Source: Candidatus Woykebacteria bacterium RIFCSPLOWO2_01_FULL_43_14 (GTDB taxonomy: Bacteria > Patescibacteriota > Microgenomatia > Woykebacterales > 2-01-FULL-43-14). From it: 46,988 nucleotides of DNA. Below are positions 27,356 to 36,514 of the stretch, one piece after another; position 1 is the first letter of the stretch; each line of letters starts with the position of its first letter. The translations under genes and the position numbers were made by a program. Where the stretch lies: NCBI GenBank assembly GCA_001816835.1, contig MHDB01000026.1, forward strand, positions 10,312-57,299, given 5' to 3'. A model generated the notes under the pieces. That model had not been told where the DNA came from and did not search any database. It saw only the letters and a program-made list of their open reading frames with translations.

Positions 27356-28536
27356 AATTAATTGTTATGACTTACGACTTGCCTTATCCGCCCGAGTCAG
27401 GTGGAAAGACAAGAGCTTATAATCTCTTAAAGTTCCTTTCCAAGAGTAATAAGATAACTCTTTTGTCCTTTGTTAGGGAAGCGCCGAATCCTGCGTCAAT
27501 AGCTGAACTTAAAAATATTTGTGACGATGTGAAAGTAGTGACTCGATCCAAAGTCTGGACGATTGGTAATCTCACGAGAACCGCTTTGTCGATGGATCCT
27601 TTGGCTATCAATACGTACAAGTCTAGAGAAATGGAGAGATTAATTGCTGAGACACTTTCCCATCAGAAATATGATGCTGTGTTGCTTGAGTCTTTCTATA
27701 CCAGCAACTATGCAGATAAATTTCCTGGATTGAAAGTTATTCTAGGCACCGAGAATTTAGAGTATTTGGTTTACCGTCGTTATGTCGACAACGTGGGGTT
27801 TGCTCCTTTGCGGCCTTTTATGTATCTGGACGTTTTGAAGATGAAAAGGTTCGAAGAAATTTCTTGGTCTAGAGCCGATATTATTTTGGCTGTATCTGAT
27901 CGGGATGCTTTTGAGATAAAGAAAAAATCACTCAAACCGGTGATTCTTGTCCCAAACGGTGTTGACATTGACTTTTTTAGTAATCTAGGGGTCAAAAGGG
28001 CAGCTGAAAAAAGAGCTCTGTTCGTTGGTAATTGGAGTTATATTCAGAACACCGACGCGGCTTTTTTCCTGATAGAAGAAGTCTGGCCGCTCATAAAAAA
28101 AGAGATTCCTGTGCTCAAGCTTTGGTTAGTAGGTAGAAACCCGCTCCAAAAGCTACTAAAATTAGGAACTAAGGACATCGTTTTTGTGACGGACGCTGAT
28201 GATATTCGGGATGTCTACGCTAATGTGGACGTATCGCTTATCCCAATCAGAGCAGCCTCTGGCACCAGATTAAAAGCCTTAGAATCTTTGGCTTCAAATG
28301 TGCCAGTTGTATCGACTAGTATAGGCATCGAGGGTATTGAGGTAACAAATGGTGAGAGCGTCCTGATCGCAGACACACCCAAAGAATTTGCAGAGAAAGT
28401 TAAACTTGTGCTAGAGGATAAGACTTTGAGAGAAAAGATGACTCGAAGGGCGAAACAACTAATTAGCCAAAAATATAGCTGGGAAAGTATTGTAAAAAAT
28501 CTTGAAAAAGGTTTAGAAAATGAATCTGCTAGATAA
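27352..28536 (+). CDS. GT4 family glycosyltransferase
   Basis: N-terminal YDLPYPPESGGKTRAYNLLKFL and C-terminal SGTRLKALESLASNVPVVSTSIGIEGI. Confidence 0.8.
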   Translation: MKLIVMTYDLPYPPESGGKTRAYNLLKFLSKSNKITLLSFVREAPNPASIAELKNICDDVKVVTRSKVWTIGNLTRTALSMDPLAINTYKSREMERLIAETLSHQKYDAVLLESFYTSNYADKFPGLKVILGTENLEYLVYRRYVDNVGFAPLRPFMYLDVLKMKRFEEISWSRADIILAVSDRDAFEIKKKSLKPVILVPNGVDIDFFSNLGVKRAAEKRALFVGNWSYIQNTDAAFFLIEEVWPLIKKEIPVLKLWLVGRNPLQKLLKLGTKDIVFVTDADDIRDVYANVDVSLIPIRAASGTRLKALESLASNVPVVSTSIGIEGIEVTNGESVLIADTPKEFAEKVKLVLEDKTLREKMTRRAKQLISQKYSWESIVKNLEKGLENESAR

Positions 28537-31369
28537 GAGTATAAAAATACTAATTACAATTTTTGTTCTGTTCCTACCGCTAACCAACAGGGACTTATTT
28601 AGTTTTGGTATCGATTTTCTTATTCCTGTTAGGATTGTATTTTTGATTCTTTTGGTCTGCATAGCATTTAAAGCAATCATTTTTTGGAAAAAGTGTGGTT
28701 TGAGTGTGCTTAAGAAATACCTAAAAACCCAGGCCAAAGATAGGCTTCTTATTCTTCTCAGCATACTCTGGCTGGTCAGGGTAGTTTCTTTCGTGAATTC
28801 CAAGAACATTTCTGCCAGCCTTAATCTAATCGCTTTTTACACCTCTATGATAGTACTCTATGTCCTTCTGAAATATATTTTTAGTAAGGACGCTAAATTT
28901 AGCTTTTTCCTTTTTAAGACTTATCTACTCTCAATTATCTTTAGCGTTTTTTATGCCTTGGTTCAAATACTCTCAAACCTGCTACTTGGGGTGACCTTAC
29001 CAGGACTTCTGGTTGGCGGTAACTACTACCGTGTTCCAGGGCCTTTTTATGATGCCAACCACCTCCCAGCCTTCTTGATTACCGGTATTCCTAGTTTTGT
29101 CGCGAGGGGGTTTTACCACAACGCTCTCTGGAAGAAAATCATTCTTTATGCCTCGGCTTTGACATGCGCGATTGTTCTTTTTCTAACCTTTTCCAGGAGT
29201 GGATTTATAGGTTTTGGAGTGAGTATTATAGTTGCCCTTTTCTTAATTATTCGTTACCGATATTGGGCAAAACTTTTGATCCCTCTGGCCTTAGTAGGCT
29301 TTCTGATACTGATAGTATTTCTATCTGACAGAACCAGCCACTCTTTAGTAGACCGAATGTTTAGCGTTTTTAACCAAGCAGAGAGATCTACGGCCGCACA
29401 CACGATCCTTTTGCAAGGTGAGATTGATTTGTACCTGAAGAATCCTATTCTGGGTGTCGGCTACGGCAGTTTTAGTGAGCATTTTAGGGATTCTTATTAT
29501 GGCCAGGAGCATTTGAAAATAGATCCAACTAGAGATATACGATTACCACCACATAGTATTTGGCTAGAGGTGCTTACTGAAACGGGGACCATAGGGTTTA
29601 TAGTTTATTGCGCGATCATGTTCACCATACTGCGTAAGCTTTTAGGAGCTATTAATAGGGCCTTGAATAAACAATGGCGAATTTACTTTATTGCCCTTTT
29701 CGCCAGTGTGGTCGGGATACTTTCGAGCGGTTTTTTCTACTCATACAACCTCGAACTCTTTTGGTTTTTCCTCTTTTATTCTTATTTACTAGCTGCTAAT
29801 TACCACCGATTTACTAGTAACTCAGGGGACGCGGACTTAAATGAGAGTGAATACGTGAATTGGACGGAAGTATTGATACCAGTTACCGTAATGATAGTTT
29901 CATTTCTGGTGATATTTGGTGGTTTGGGGAGTAACGCCCTAATTGAGTTTGATGAAGGAATATATGGCTTGATCGCCAAAAATATGAGCAGTACTGGTGA
30001 TTACTTAGTCGCCACTGTTAGGTCAAATACGCCTTGGTTTGAAAAACCTCCCTTGTATATGTGGCTTACGGCTCCGATGATAAAACTCTTTGGGGTGGAT
30101 GCTTTCAGTGTGAAATTCTGGTCCGCAATGTTTAGTGTCTCAACCGTTCTAGCGACCTATTTTCTAGCGAAACTGTTAACCAGAAGCCGATACCTCGGAG
30201 TCTTAGCCTCATTAGTCCTTCTCACCACTTTCCATTTCCTGAGGTATTCTCGGATGGGGATGCTTGATGTGACCGTGACCTTTTTCATGACCCTCAGTGT
30301 CCTATTACTACTATTAGCAAGGCGAAGAGCGATTTTTTGGCTGTTAGCTGGTCTATCACTAGGTTTGGGATTTATGACCAAGGATTTTGTGTCTCTTTTA
30401 ATCCTGCCCGTATTAGGATTAATTCTTTTTAGTTACCGTAAGGATTACGTTTTTAGAAAATCCTGGCTGTTCTTAGTCGGATTTGCTTTGGTTAGTGCTC
30501 CATGGCATATCTATACTTATCAGCGGTTTGGGTTTGATTTTTTGAATTCTTATGTTGGTTACCATATTATCTCTCGTTTTTCTTCAGACATAGAAGGAAA
30601 AACAGGGCCATTGCTTGTCTATGTAGACGTGCTGAAAAATAGTTTACGAATTTGGTTTCCTATTCTGGGGTTAAGCCTGATTTTCTTCATTACCAGATTC
30701 TTGGGCTTGAGAAAATTAGGACTGAAAAAATTAAATGATTATCTCAGCAGATTAGGTTTTAATCGTTCTCCGGACTTTAAGGTCCTGGGAATTCTGTTTG
30801 TCTGGGCATTGAGTATCCTCGTCCCTCTTAGCTTGTCTAGAACAAAACTTATATGGTACATCGTTCCTGTTTACCCTGTTTTAGCAGTGATAATTAGCAT
30901 CTTTTTTGCGGATTTGAGCGGGATGATATTTTCTCAGGCACGTAGATTTAATTTAAAGATGAAAACAGAGCAGTTAAAATTTGTTATTTATACGATCATC
31001 TTGTTAAGCTTAAGCATTATCTCGTTTATCTATCTTTATATGAAGTGGAATTTGGTGGACGGTAGAGATTTTAATGGCGATATGGTTAAACTGATATACA
31101 TAAAGCAACAGATTGAACCTAGTGGTAAAATACCTTTGGCTTTTGTTGATGTGGGGGAGGCTGTACCTAGATTTTATGCTGAGGGGACCGTCGAGATTTG
31201 GCCTCCAGAGATGCTCAGGTCCTTAGGTTTGATTGAGAGAACCCGGTATTTGATTGCCAAACGCGATTTTGCTTATAAAGTTATGTCCACATACACAGAA
31301 GAAAACCCACTCCGTATAGAAGCCTCTTTGGGAGACTTTATATTAATGAAAAGGCAGGGTCCAGAATGA
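28520..31369 (+). CDS. fusion protein: O-antigen ligase/polymerase-like (Wzy_C) N-terminal half plus ArnT/PMT_2-like GT-C C-terminal half
   Basis: 949 aa. The N-terminal half has FSRSGFIGFGVSIIVALF and GVGYGSF...PHSIWLEVLTETGTIGFIVY (Wzy_C hallmarks). After a linker near aa 430-445 come FDEGIYGLIAKNMSSTGDY, WFEKPPLYMWL and GFMTKDFVSLLILP (ArnT/PMT_2 hallmarks). Confidence 0.7.
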   Translation: MNLLDKSIKILITIFVLFLPLTNRDLFSFGIDFLIPVRIVFLILLVCIAFKAIIFWKKCGLSVLKKYLKTQAKDRLLILLSILWLVRVVSFVNSKNISASLNLIAFYTSMIVLYVLLKYIFSKDAKFSFFLFKTYLLSIIFSVFYALVQILSNLLLGVTLPGLLVGGNYYRVPGPFYDANHLPAFLITGIPSFVARGFYHNALWKKIILYASALTCAIVLFLTFSRSGFIGFGVSIIVALFLIIRYRYWAKLLIPLALVGFLILIVFLSDRTSHSLVDRMFSVFNQAERSTAAHTILLQGEIDLYLKNPILGVGYGSFSEHFRDSYYGQEHLKIDPTRDIRLPPHSIWLEVLTETGTIGFIVYCAIMFTILRKLLGAINRALNKQWRIYFIALFASVVGILSSGFFYSYNLELFWFFLFYSYLLAANYHRFTSNSGDADLNESEYVNWTEVLIPVTVMIVSFLVIFGGLGSNALIEFDEGIYGLIAKNMSSTGDYLVATVRSNTPWFEKPPLYMWLTAPMIKLFGVDAFSVKFWSAMFSVSTVLATYFLAKLLTRSRYLGVLASLVLLTTFHFLRYSRMGMLDVTVTFFMTLSVLLLLLARRRAIFWLLAGLSLGLGFMTKDFVSLLILPVLGLILFSYRKDYVFRKSWLFLVGFALVSAPWHIYTYQRFGFDFLNSYVGYHIISRFSSDIEGKTGPLLVYVDVLKNSLRIWFPILGLSLIFFITRFLGLRKLGLKKLNDYLSRLGFNRSPDFKVLGILFVWALSILVPLSLSRTKLIWYIVPVYPVLAVIISIFFADLSGMIFSQARRFNLKMKTEQLKFVIYTIILLSLSIISFIYLYMKWNLVDGRDFNGDMVKLIYIKQQIEPSGKIPLAFVDVGEAVPRFYAEGTVEIWPPEMLRSLGLIERTRYLIAKRDFAYKVMSTYTEENPLRIEASLGDFILMKRQGPE

Positions 31370-32268
31370 GTAAGGTTGATTTGTCAGTTATTATTCTAAA
31401 TTTTAACACTTCAGAATTGCTAGATGGTGCCCTCAGCTCACTTGAGAAAATTGATAAAGACAACTTTAATTTCGAAGTTATTGTTGCTGATAATGGCTCT
31501 AAAGACGGTAGTATTGAGATGGTTAAGAAAAAACACCCTAAAGTAATTTTAGTCGATAACAAGGCTAATCTAGGCTTCGCTGCGGGTAATAATCGTGCGG
31601 TTCCTAAAAGCCGCGGGCGTCTCGTGTTATTTCTGAACTCGGATACAATTGTACCAAAGGAAACGTTACCTTTTATGGTTGACTATATGGATAGAAACCT
31701 TGGTGTTGGTATCAGCACCTGTAAACTTGTTCTCGCGAGTGGCGAACTCGACCCAGACTGTCATAGGGGCTTTCCAACACCTTGGAATTCGCTGTGCTAC
31801 TTTTCTGGTTTATCAAAGTTATTTCCAAAAAGCGTTTTGTTTAATAGTTACCACATGGGACAACTGGACATGACCAAAACTCACGAGATTGACGCTTGCG
31901 TGGGCGCTTTTTTGCTAACTCGGCGTGAGGTTGGTGAAAAAGTTGGATGGTGGGACGAGGACTATTTTTTCTATGGTGAAGATCTGGAATTTTGTTACCG
32001 GGTTAAAAACCTTGGTTTGAAAATTATGTATGTGCCTCAGGTTTTCATAACACATCTTAAAGGTGCTTCTAGTGGTTTAAGACGCGAAACAGCTAAAATA
32101 ACAAGGGTTTCGCCGGAAGTTAGAAGAAAAGTGGCGAAGGCTTCAATTGACGCCATGAAAATTTTTTACCAAAAACATTATGAAGATAAATATCCAAAGA
32201 TACTTAAATGGCTAATATTTGTGATTCTGGGGATAAAGTATCAGCTTAGGTTAAGGGGTATTAAATGA
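31366..32268 (+). CDS. GT2 family glycosyltransferase
   Basis: Motifs LSVIILNFNTSELL, VADNGSKDGS, LNSDT and YGEDLEFCYR. Confidence 0.85.
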   Translation: MSKVDLSVIILNFNTSELLDGALSSLEKIDKDNFNFEVIVADNGSKDGSIEMVKKKHPKVILVDNKANLGFAAGNNRAVPKSRGRLVLFLNSDTIVPKETLPFMVDYMDRNLGVGISTCKLVLASGELDPDCHRGFPTPWNSLCYFSGLSKLFPKSVLFNSYHMGQLDMTKTHEIDACVGAFLLTRREVGEKVGWWDEDYFFYGEDLEFCYRVKNLGLKIMYVPQVFITHLKGASSGLRRETAKITRVSPEVRRKVAKASIDAMKIFYQKHYEDKYPKILKWLIFVILGIKYQLRLRGIK

Positions 32269-32963
32269 GTTTAGTAAAAGAAATATCGGTCTTCTTCCCT
32301 GCCTATAATGAAGCGGAAAATATCACAGAAGTGGTAAGGAAAGCCCTAGCGGTTTTAGAAGAGATTGCGGACAACTATGAGGTTTTGGTGATTAATGATG
32401 GAAGTTCGGATAACACCGTTGAAGTAGTGACTAACCTGATTAAGGATAATAAATCCGTAAAACTCATAACGCATAGGGAAAACCAAGGTTATGGTGGGGC
32501 GATAAAAACTGGCCTGTATAGTTCTCGATACGATTTAATAGCTTTTAATGATGGTGACGGGCAGTTTGATTTTTCACAAATTAGAGGTTTTTTGCCAAAA
32601 CTTAGCGGGGCAGATTTGGTTATCGGGTATCGCAAGAAAAGATCCGATCCTTTTTTCCGATTGATTAACGCCAAGTTGTACTCTATATTTTTGTTCGCTC
32701 TGTTTGGTCTAAGAGTTCGGGATGTTGATTGCGCTTTCAAGTTAATAAAAAAAGAGGTTGTAGATGCGCTTCCCAATCTGGAATCAAACGGCGCATTGAT
32801 TTCAGCGGAATTGCTAATTAGAGCGAGAAAAAAAGGTTTTCGGATTGCTCAGGTGCCTGTTAATCATTTTCCTCGGACCTTTGGTAGCCCAACCGGCGCG
32901 AATCTGAAAGTGATTGTAAAAATGTTTGGTGAAGTACTGAAACTTTATCGTGACTTAAAATGA
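32265..32963 (+). CDS. GT2 polyprenol-phosphate sugar synthase (DPM1/GtrB/ArnC-like)
   Basis: 232 aa. Motifs ISVFFPAYNEAENI, NDGSSDNT, NDGDGQFD and DVDCAFKL. Confidence 0.8.
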   Translation: MSLVKEISVFFPAYNEAENITEVVRKALAVLEEIADNYEVLVINDGSSDNTVEVVTNLIKDNKSVKLITHRENQGYGGAIKTGLYSSRYDLIAFNDGDGQFDFSQIRGFLPKLSGADLVIGYRKKRSDPFFRLINAKLYSIFLFALFGLRVRDVDCAFKLIKKEVVDALPNLESNGALISAELLIRARKKGFRIAQVPVNHFPRTFGSPTGANLKVIVKMFGEVLKLYRDLK

Positions 32964-34222
32964 AAATTGGCATAATTGGGGCGGGAGCTTTGGGTCTGAC
33001 CTGTGCTTATGAATTGAGCAAAAAAGGTCACCAAGTCGAGGTTCTAGAAAAAGAAAATAGTGTCGGAGGACTAGCGGTGGATTTTGAATATGAAGGGTGG
33101 CATCTTGAGAAATTCTACCATCATTTATTTAGAACAGACACCACTATCACCTCTTTAATTCACGAGATTGGACTAGGTGACAAATTAATCTGGAAAAAGC
33201 CAAATACCTCTGTTTACTACCGAGGGGTGGTTTATCCAATTGACAGTCCGATGGCTGTTTTAAGATTCACCCCTATTAGCTTAATAGATAGGTTAAGACT
33301 TGGTTTGGTGATGGTGTATCTTAAAATTCAACCCAACTTTAAACTTTTTGAAGGTATAACGGCTGTGTATTGGTTAAAGAAGTATCTGGGTAAGGCAAGT
33401 TACTCTGTTTTGTGGGAGCCACTTCTCAAAGCCAAATTTGGCGATTTTTACGACAAAATTGCCATGAGCTGGTTTTGGGCAAGAGTTCATTATCGAACAG
33501 CCCAACTAGGCTATTTAAAAGAAGGGTTTTACCAATTTTATGAAAAACTTAAAGAAGCATTTTTGAGCAAAGGTGGTAAAATTACGTTTGGGGTTAACAT
33601 TGACAGAATTGGTTCTGAGAATACGCGGCCCTATGTGATAGTTGGAGGAAGGAAAAGTTATTTTGACAAGCTAGTAGTCTGCACCCCTACGCCAGTTTTT
33701 TTCAAATTATGTCCAGATATTCCTTTGGAATACCGTGAAAAGTATCACTTACCTCAATATTTTGGGGCTCAAGTAGTAGTTTTACAAACTAAGCGTAAGG
33801 TTATGGATGTGTACTGGTGCAATATCAACGACGCTGCGATACCTTTTATGGCCTATGTGGAACATACGAACTTTATGGACCCAAAAGACTATGGAGACTC
33901 TCATCTAATTTATTTGGGAAATTACTTTTCTCCCGAGGACGCTAGGTATAATAAGGAGCCTGATAAGGTGATCAAAGAATACATAGAGGGTCTAAAAAAA
34001 CTTAAAGGCGATTTCGACGACTCCTGGATACTAAAAAGTTGGGTTTTTCGTACTCCCTTTGCCCAACCAATCGTGGATATAGACTACTATAAGCAAATTC
34101 CACCTTTCGAAACATCTTTGCAAAACGTTTACTTGGCCAATATGGCCCAGGTTTATCCCCAAGATCGAGGCCAGAATTATAGTGTTGCATTGGGTAAAAA
34201 AATAGCTGAGGCAATCTCGTGA
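32960..34222 (+). CDS. FAD/NAD(P)-dependent oxidoreductase (amine-oxidase / protoporphyrinogen-phytoene-desaturase-like fold)
   Basis: N-terminal Rossmann motif KIGIIGAGALGLTCAYELSKKGHQVEVLEKENSVGG. 420 aa. Translationally coupled to the upstream GT2 (ATGA overlap). Confidence 0.7.
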   Translation: MKIGIIGAGALGLTCAYELSKKGHQVEVLEKENSVGGLAVDFEYEGWHLEKFYHHLFRTDTTITSLIHEIGLGDKLIWKKPNTSVYYRGVVYPIDSPMAVLRFTPISLIDRLRLGLVMVYLKIQPNFKLFEGITAVYWLKKYLGKASYSVLWEPLLKAKFGDFYDKIAMSWFWARVHYRTAQLGYLKEGFYQFYEKLKEAFLSKGGKITFGVNIDRIGSENTRPYVIVGGRKSYFDKLVVCTPTPVFFKLCPDIPLEYREKYHLPQYFGAQVVVLQTKRKVMDVYWCNINDAAIPFMAYVEHTNFMDPKDYGDSHLIYLGNYFSPEDARYNKEPDKVIKEYIEGLKKLKGDFDDSWILKSWVFRTPFAQPIVDIDYYKQIPPFETSLQNVYLANMAQVYPQDRGQNYSVALGKKIAEAIS

Positions 34223-35355
34223 GGATTGGTATTGATGCACGGTTTCTCGGTCCAGAAGGGACTGGTATCGGTAGATATGTGGGGCATTTGCTTGAAAATC
34301 TTGAAAAGATTGACCAAGAAAATTTTTATGTAGTATTTCTCCGTAAGTCCAATTGGCATTTATTTAACCCCAAATCTAACAATTTTACTAAAGTTTTAGC
34401 TGATGCCAAATGGTATACGTTAAAAGAGCAGATACTGCTTCCCTGGGTGATGAGCAAAGCGCAATTGGACATTGTGCATGTTCCTCACTTTAACATTCCG
34501 ATCTTATATCGAGGGAAAATGGTTATCACTATCCATGATTTGATTAAGTCTGAGTTTAGCAGTCTAAGTTCTACCACCCGTAATAGATTCGTTTACGGTT
34601 TTAAGCATAAGGTGTACGAATGGGTTATCAAAAGGGCTGCACAAAAAGCACAACATATTCTCACTCCGACTCAGTATATTAAGTCCAAAGTTGAAAAGGA
34701 GCTGGGTATTGAGGCTGAGAAAATTACGACCACTTATGAAGCAGCAGATCAAAAGTTTTTTGTTTGGCAAAAGAAAAAGTTAAGTGAGGGCCAGATCAAA
34801 CAGGTACTCTATAGATACAATATCAAAGAGCCTTTTCTTATCTATGTTGGCAATGCTTACCCCTACAAAAATTTGGATAAACTGTTAGAAGCAATGACGC
34901 ATTTGAATCCTAAGATTCAACTTGTAAACCCATGTGTGCGATCGGCGTTTTATGACAGATTAGCCGGCAAAGTTCACAGACTTGGTTTAGAACACAGGGT
35001 TATTTTACCTGGTTTTGTTCCAGACGCTGATTTGGCAATTCTTTACAGAAGGGCTGAGGCCTACGTATTCCCATCCTTATCAGAAGGTTTTGGCTTACCT
35101 GCAATCGAAGCTATGGCTTCAGGTTTGCCTGTGGTGTGTTCCAACATCCCAGTTCTAAAGGAAGTTTGTGGGGAAGCGGCGCTTTATTTTGATCCTTATG
35201 ATGCGGAATCCATAGCAAGAGCCGTAAATAAAGTTATAGAAGACCAGGATTTGAGAGACTTGTTAGTAAAAAAAGGTTTCGCCTGTTCCAAGCAGTATAG
35301 CTGGGAAAGAACGGCAAAACAGACTTTAAGTGTATATGAAGAGTCCGCGAAATAG
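34219..35355 (+). CDS. GT4 family glycosyltransferase (mannosyltransferase-like)
   Basis: Motif EGFGLPAIEAMASGLPVVCSNIPVLKEVCGEAALYFDP. GTG start. Confidence 0.88.
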   Translation: MRIGIDARFLGPEGTGIGRYVGHLLENLEKIDQENFYVVFLRKSNWHLFNPKSNNFTKVLADAKWYTLKEQILLPWVMSKAQLDIVHVPHFNIPILYRGKMVITIHDLIKSEFSSLSSTTRNRFVYGFKHKVYEWVIKRAAQKAQHILTPTQYIKSKVEKELGIEAEKITTTYEAADQKFFVWQKKKLSEGQIKQVLYRYNIKEPFLIYVGNAYPYKNLDKLLEAMTHLNPKIQLVNPCVRSAFYDRLAGKVHRLGLEHRVILPGFVPDADLAILYRRAEAYVFPSLSEGFGLPAIEAMASGLPVVCSNIPVLKEVCGEAALYFDPYDAESIARAVNKVIEDQDLRDLLVKKGFACSKQYSWERTAKQTLSVYEESAK

Positions 35356-36514
35356 CTTTTTGGTAAGCGTGCTTATAGACGCGCTTCACTCTGGTGGTGT
35401 TGAGAAAGTAGCTTTGAATCAAGTTTTAAACCTTAATAAGATTGGAGTTAAATCAAACCTAGTTGTACTAAGACGTACTGATTACTCTAACCACCCGTTT
35501 AAGGAACTAATTCATAAAGTACCAATTGTTTTTCTAGATGATTTGTTACCACCGATCCTGAGGACTTCCTTTAAGGTTCCATTTTTCTCTTTCCTTTCTT
35601 TATACCATTTCAGCTACCCAATTCTCTTGCCTTTTGTTATCGCCAAAAAAGAGCTTGGGCTAGTTATTTCTCATGGCACTTATACTTGTTTTTCGGCCAT
35701 CCTTTTTCGGTTAACAAAGGGTGTAGATTTCTATGCTTATATTTGGGACCCTATATACTACATTTTGCAGAAAGTATACCTTGCTGGACCGATCCACATT
35801 GCAAGTCCGATACTTTTGCCCGTAGCGAGAATAGTTGATTGGGTGATTGTAAAAAGTGCCAAAGGAGTTTTGGTGGGAGGTAAATCTCATGTTAACTATT
35901 TGAAAAGTCTTGGTGCACAAAACGTAAACATAATTTATCCTGGTATAGAGCCCCTTAAGAAAATTTCCACTAAAAAAAATTACCTGGTTAGTGTTACTGC
36001 TTGGAAAGAGGGCAAAAATCCTGAGTATAACCTAGAGATTATCAGTCAACTCCCAAACAGCCGTTTGGTGATGGCTGGAAGTTGGTACCCTAGTCAGCTT
36101 GAAAGAGATTTTCGTGATCAAGTTAGGAAAAGGGGTTTGGCCCACCAAGTTGAAGTAAAGGGGAAAATCAGTGAGACTGATCTCAAACGACTATACTCTA
36201 AGGCTTTGGTTTTCCTTCAGACCCATGATGATCGTGGTTTTGGACTATCGACGCTGGAAGCTGCAAGTTGTGGGACTACATTTGTAATTCCAGAGGGCCA
36301 AGGAGTATGTGAACTTTTCGAAAATGGGGTTGATGGCTATTTTTTACCAGAACACGACACAACAGGTATAGTAAAAAAACTTGCTCTATTATTGGCCAAC
36401 CCAAGCCAGGCAAAAGCGATGGGGGAGCACGCCTGGAAGAAAGTTGTAGCCAACTACTCTTGGGAAAAGCACGCGTTAGCTATTGCTAACCTCATAAAAG
36501 GAGAAAGGGATTGA
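35336..36514 (+). CDS. GT4 family glycosyltransferase
   Basis: Motifs HSGGVEKVALNQV and DDRGFGLSTLEAASCGTTFVIPEGQGVCELFENGVDGYF. ATG 35336 is preferred to GTG 35330. Confidence 0.8.
   Translation: MKSPRNSFLVSVLIDALHSGGVEKVALNQVLNLNKIGVKSNLVVLRRTDYSNHPFKELIHKVPIVFLDDLLPPILRTSFKVPFFSFLSLYHFSYPILLPFVIAKKELGLVISHGTYTCFSAILFRLTKGVDFYAYIWDPIYYILQKVYLAGPIHIASPILLPVARIVDWVIVKSAKGVLVGGKSHVNYLKSLGAQNVNIIYPGIEPLKKISTKKNYLVSVTAWKEGKNPEYNLEIISQLPNSRLVMAGSWYPSQLERDFRDQVRKRGLAHQVEVKGKISETDLKRLYSKALVFLQTHDDRGFGLSTLEAASCGTTFVIPEGQGVCELFENGVDGYFLPEHDTTGIVKKLALLLANPSQAKAMGEHAWKKVVANYSWEKHALAIANLIKGERD

Noticed and set aside
28520-29810. Reading the O-antigen-ligase-like domain as evidence for LPS or an outer membrane.
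   Set aside because: No lipid A, core, Lpt or Bam genes are seen in the window. Wzy_C-type domains also occur in monoderm bacteria acting on other acceptors.
32960-34222. The idea that the flavoprotein is UDP-galactopyranose mutase (glf).
   Set aside because: The dinucleotide-binding motif and downstream blocks (VGGLA, WHLEKFYHHLF) look like the amine-oxidase / PPO-like family rather than the Glf pattern I remember. The call is left generic because I cannot run a search.
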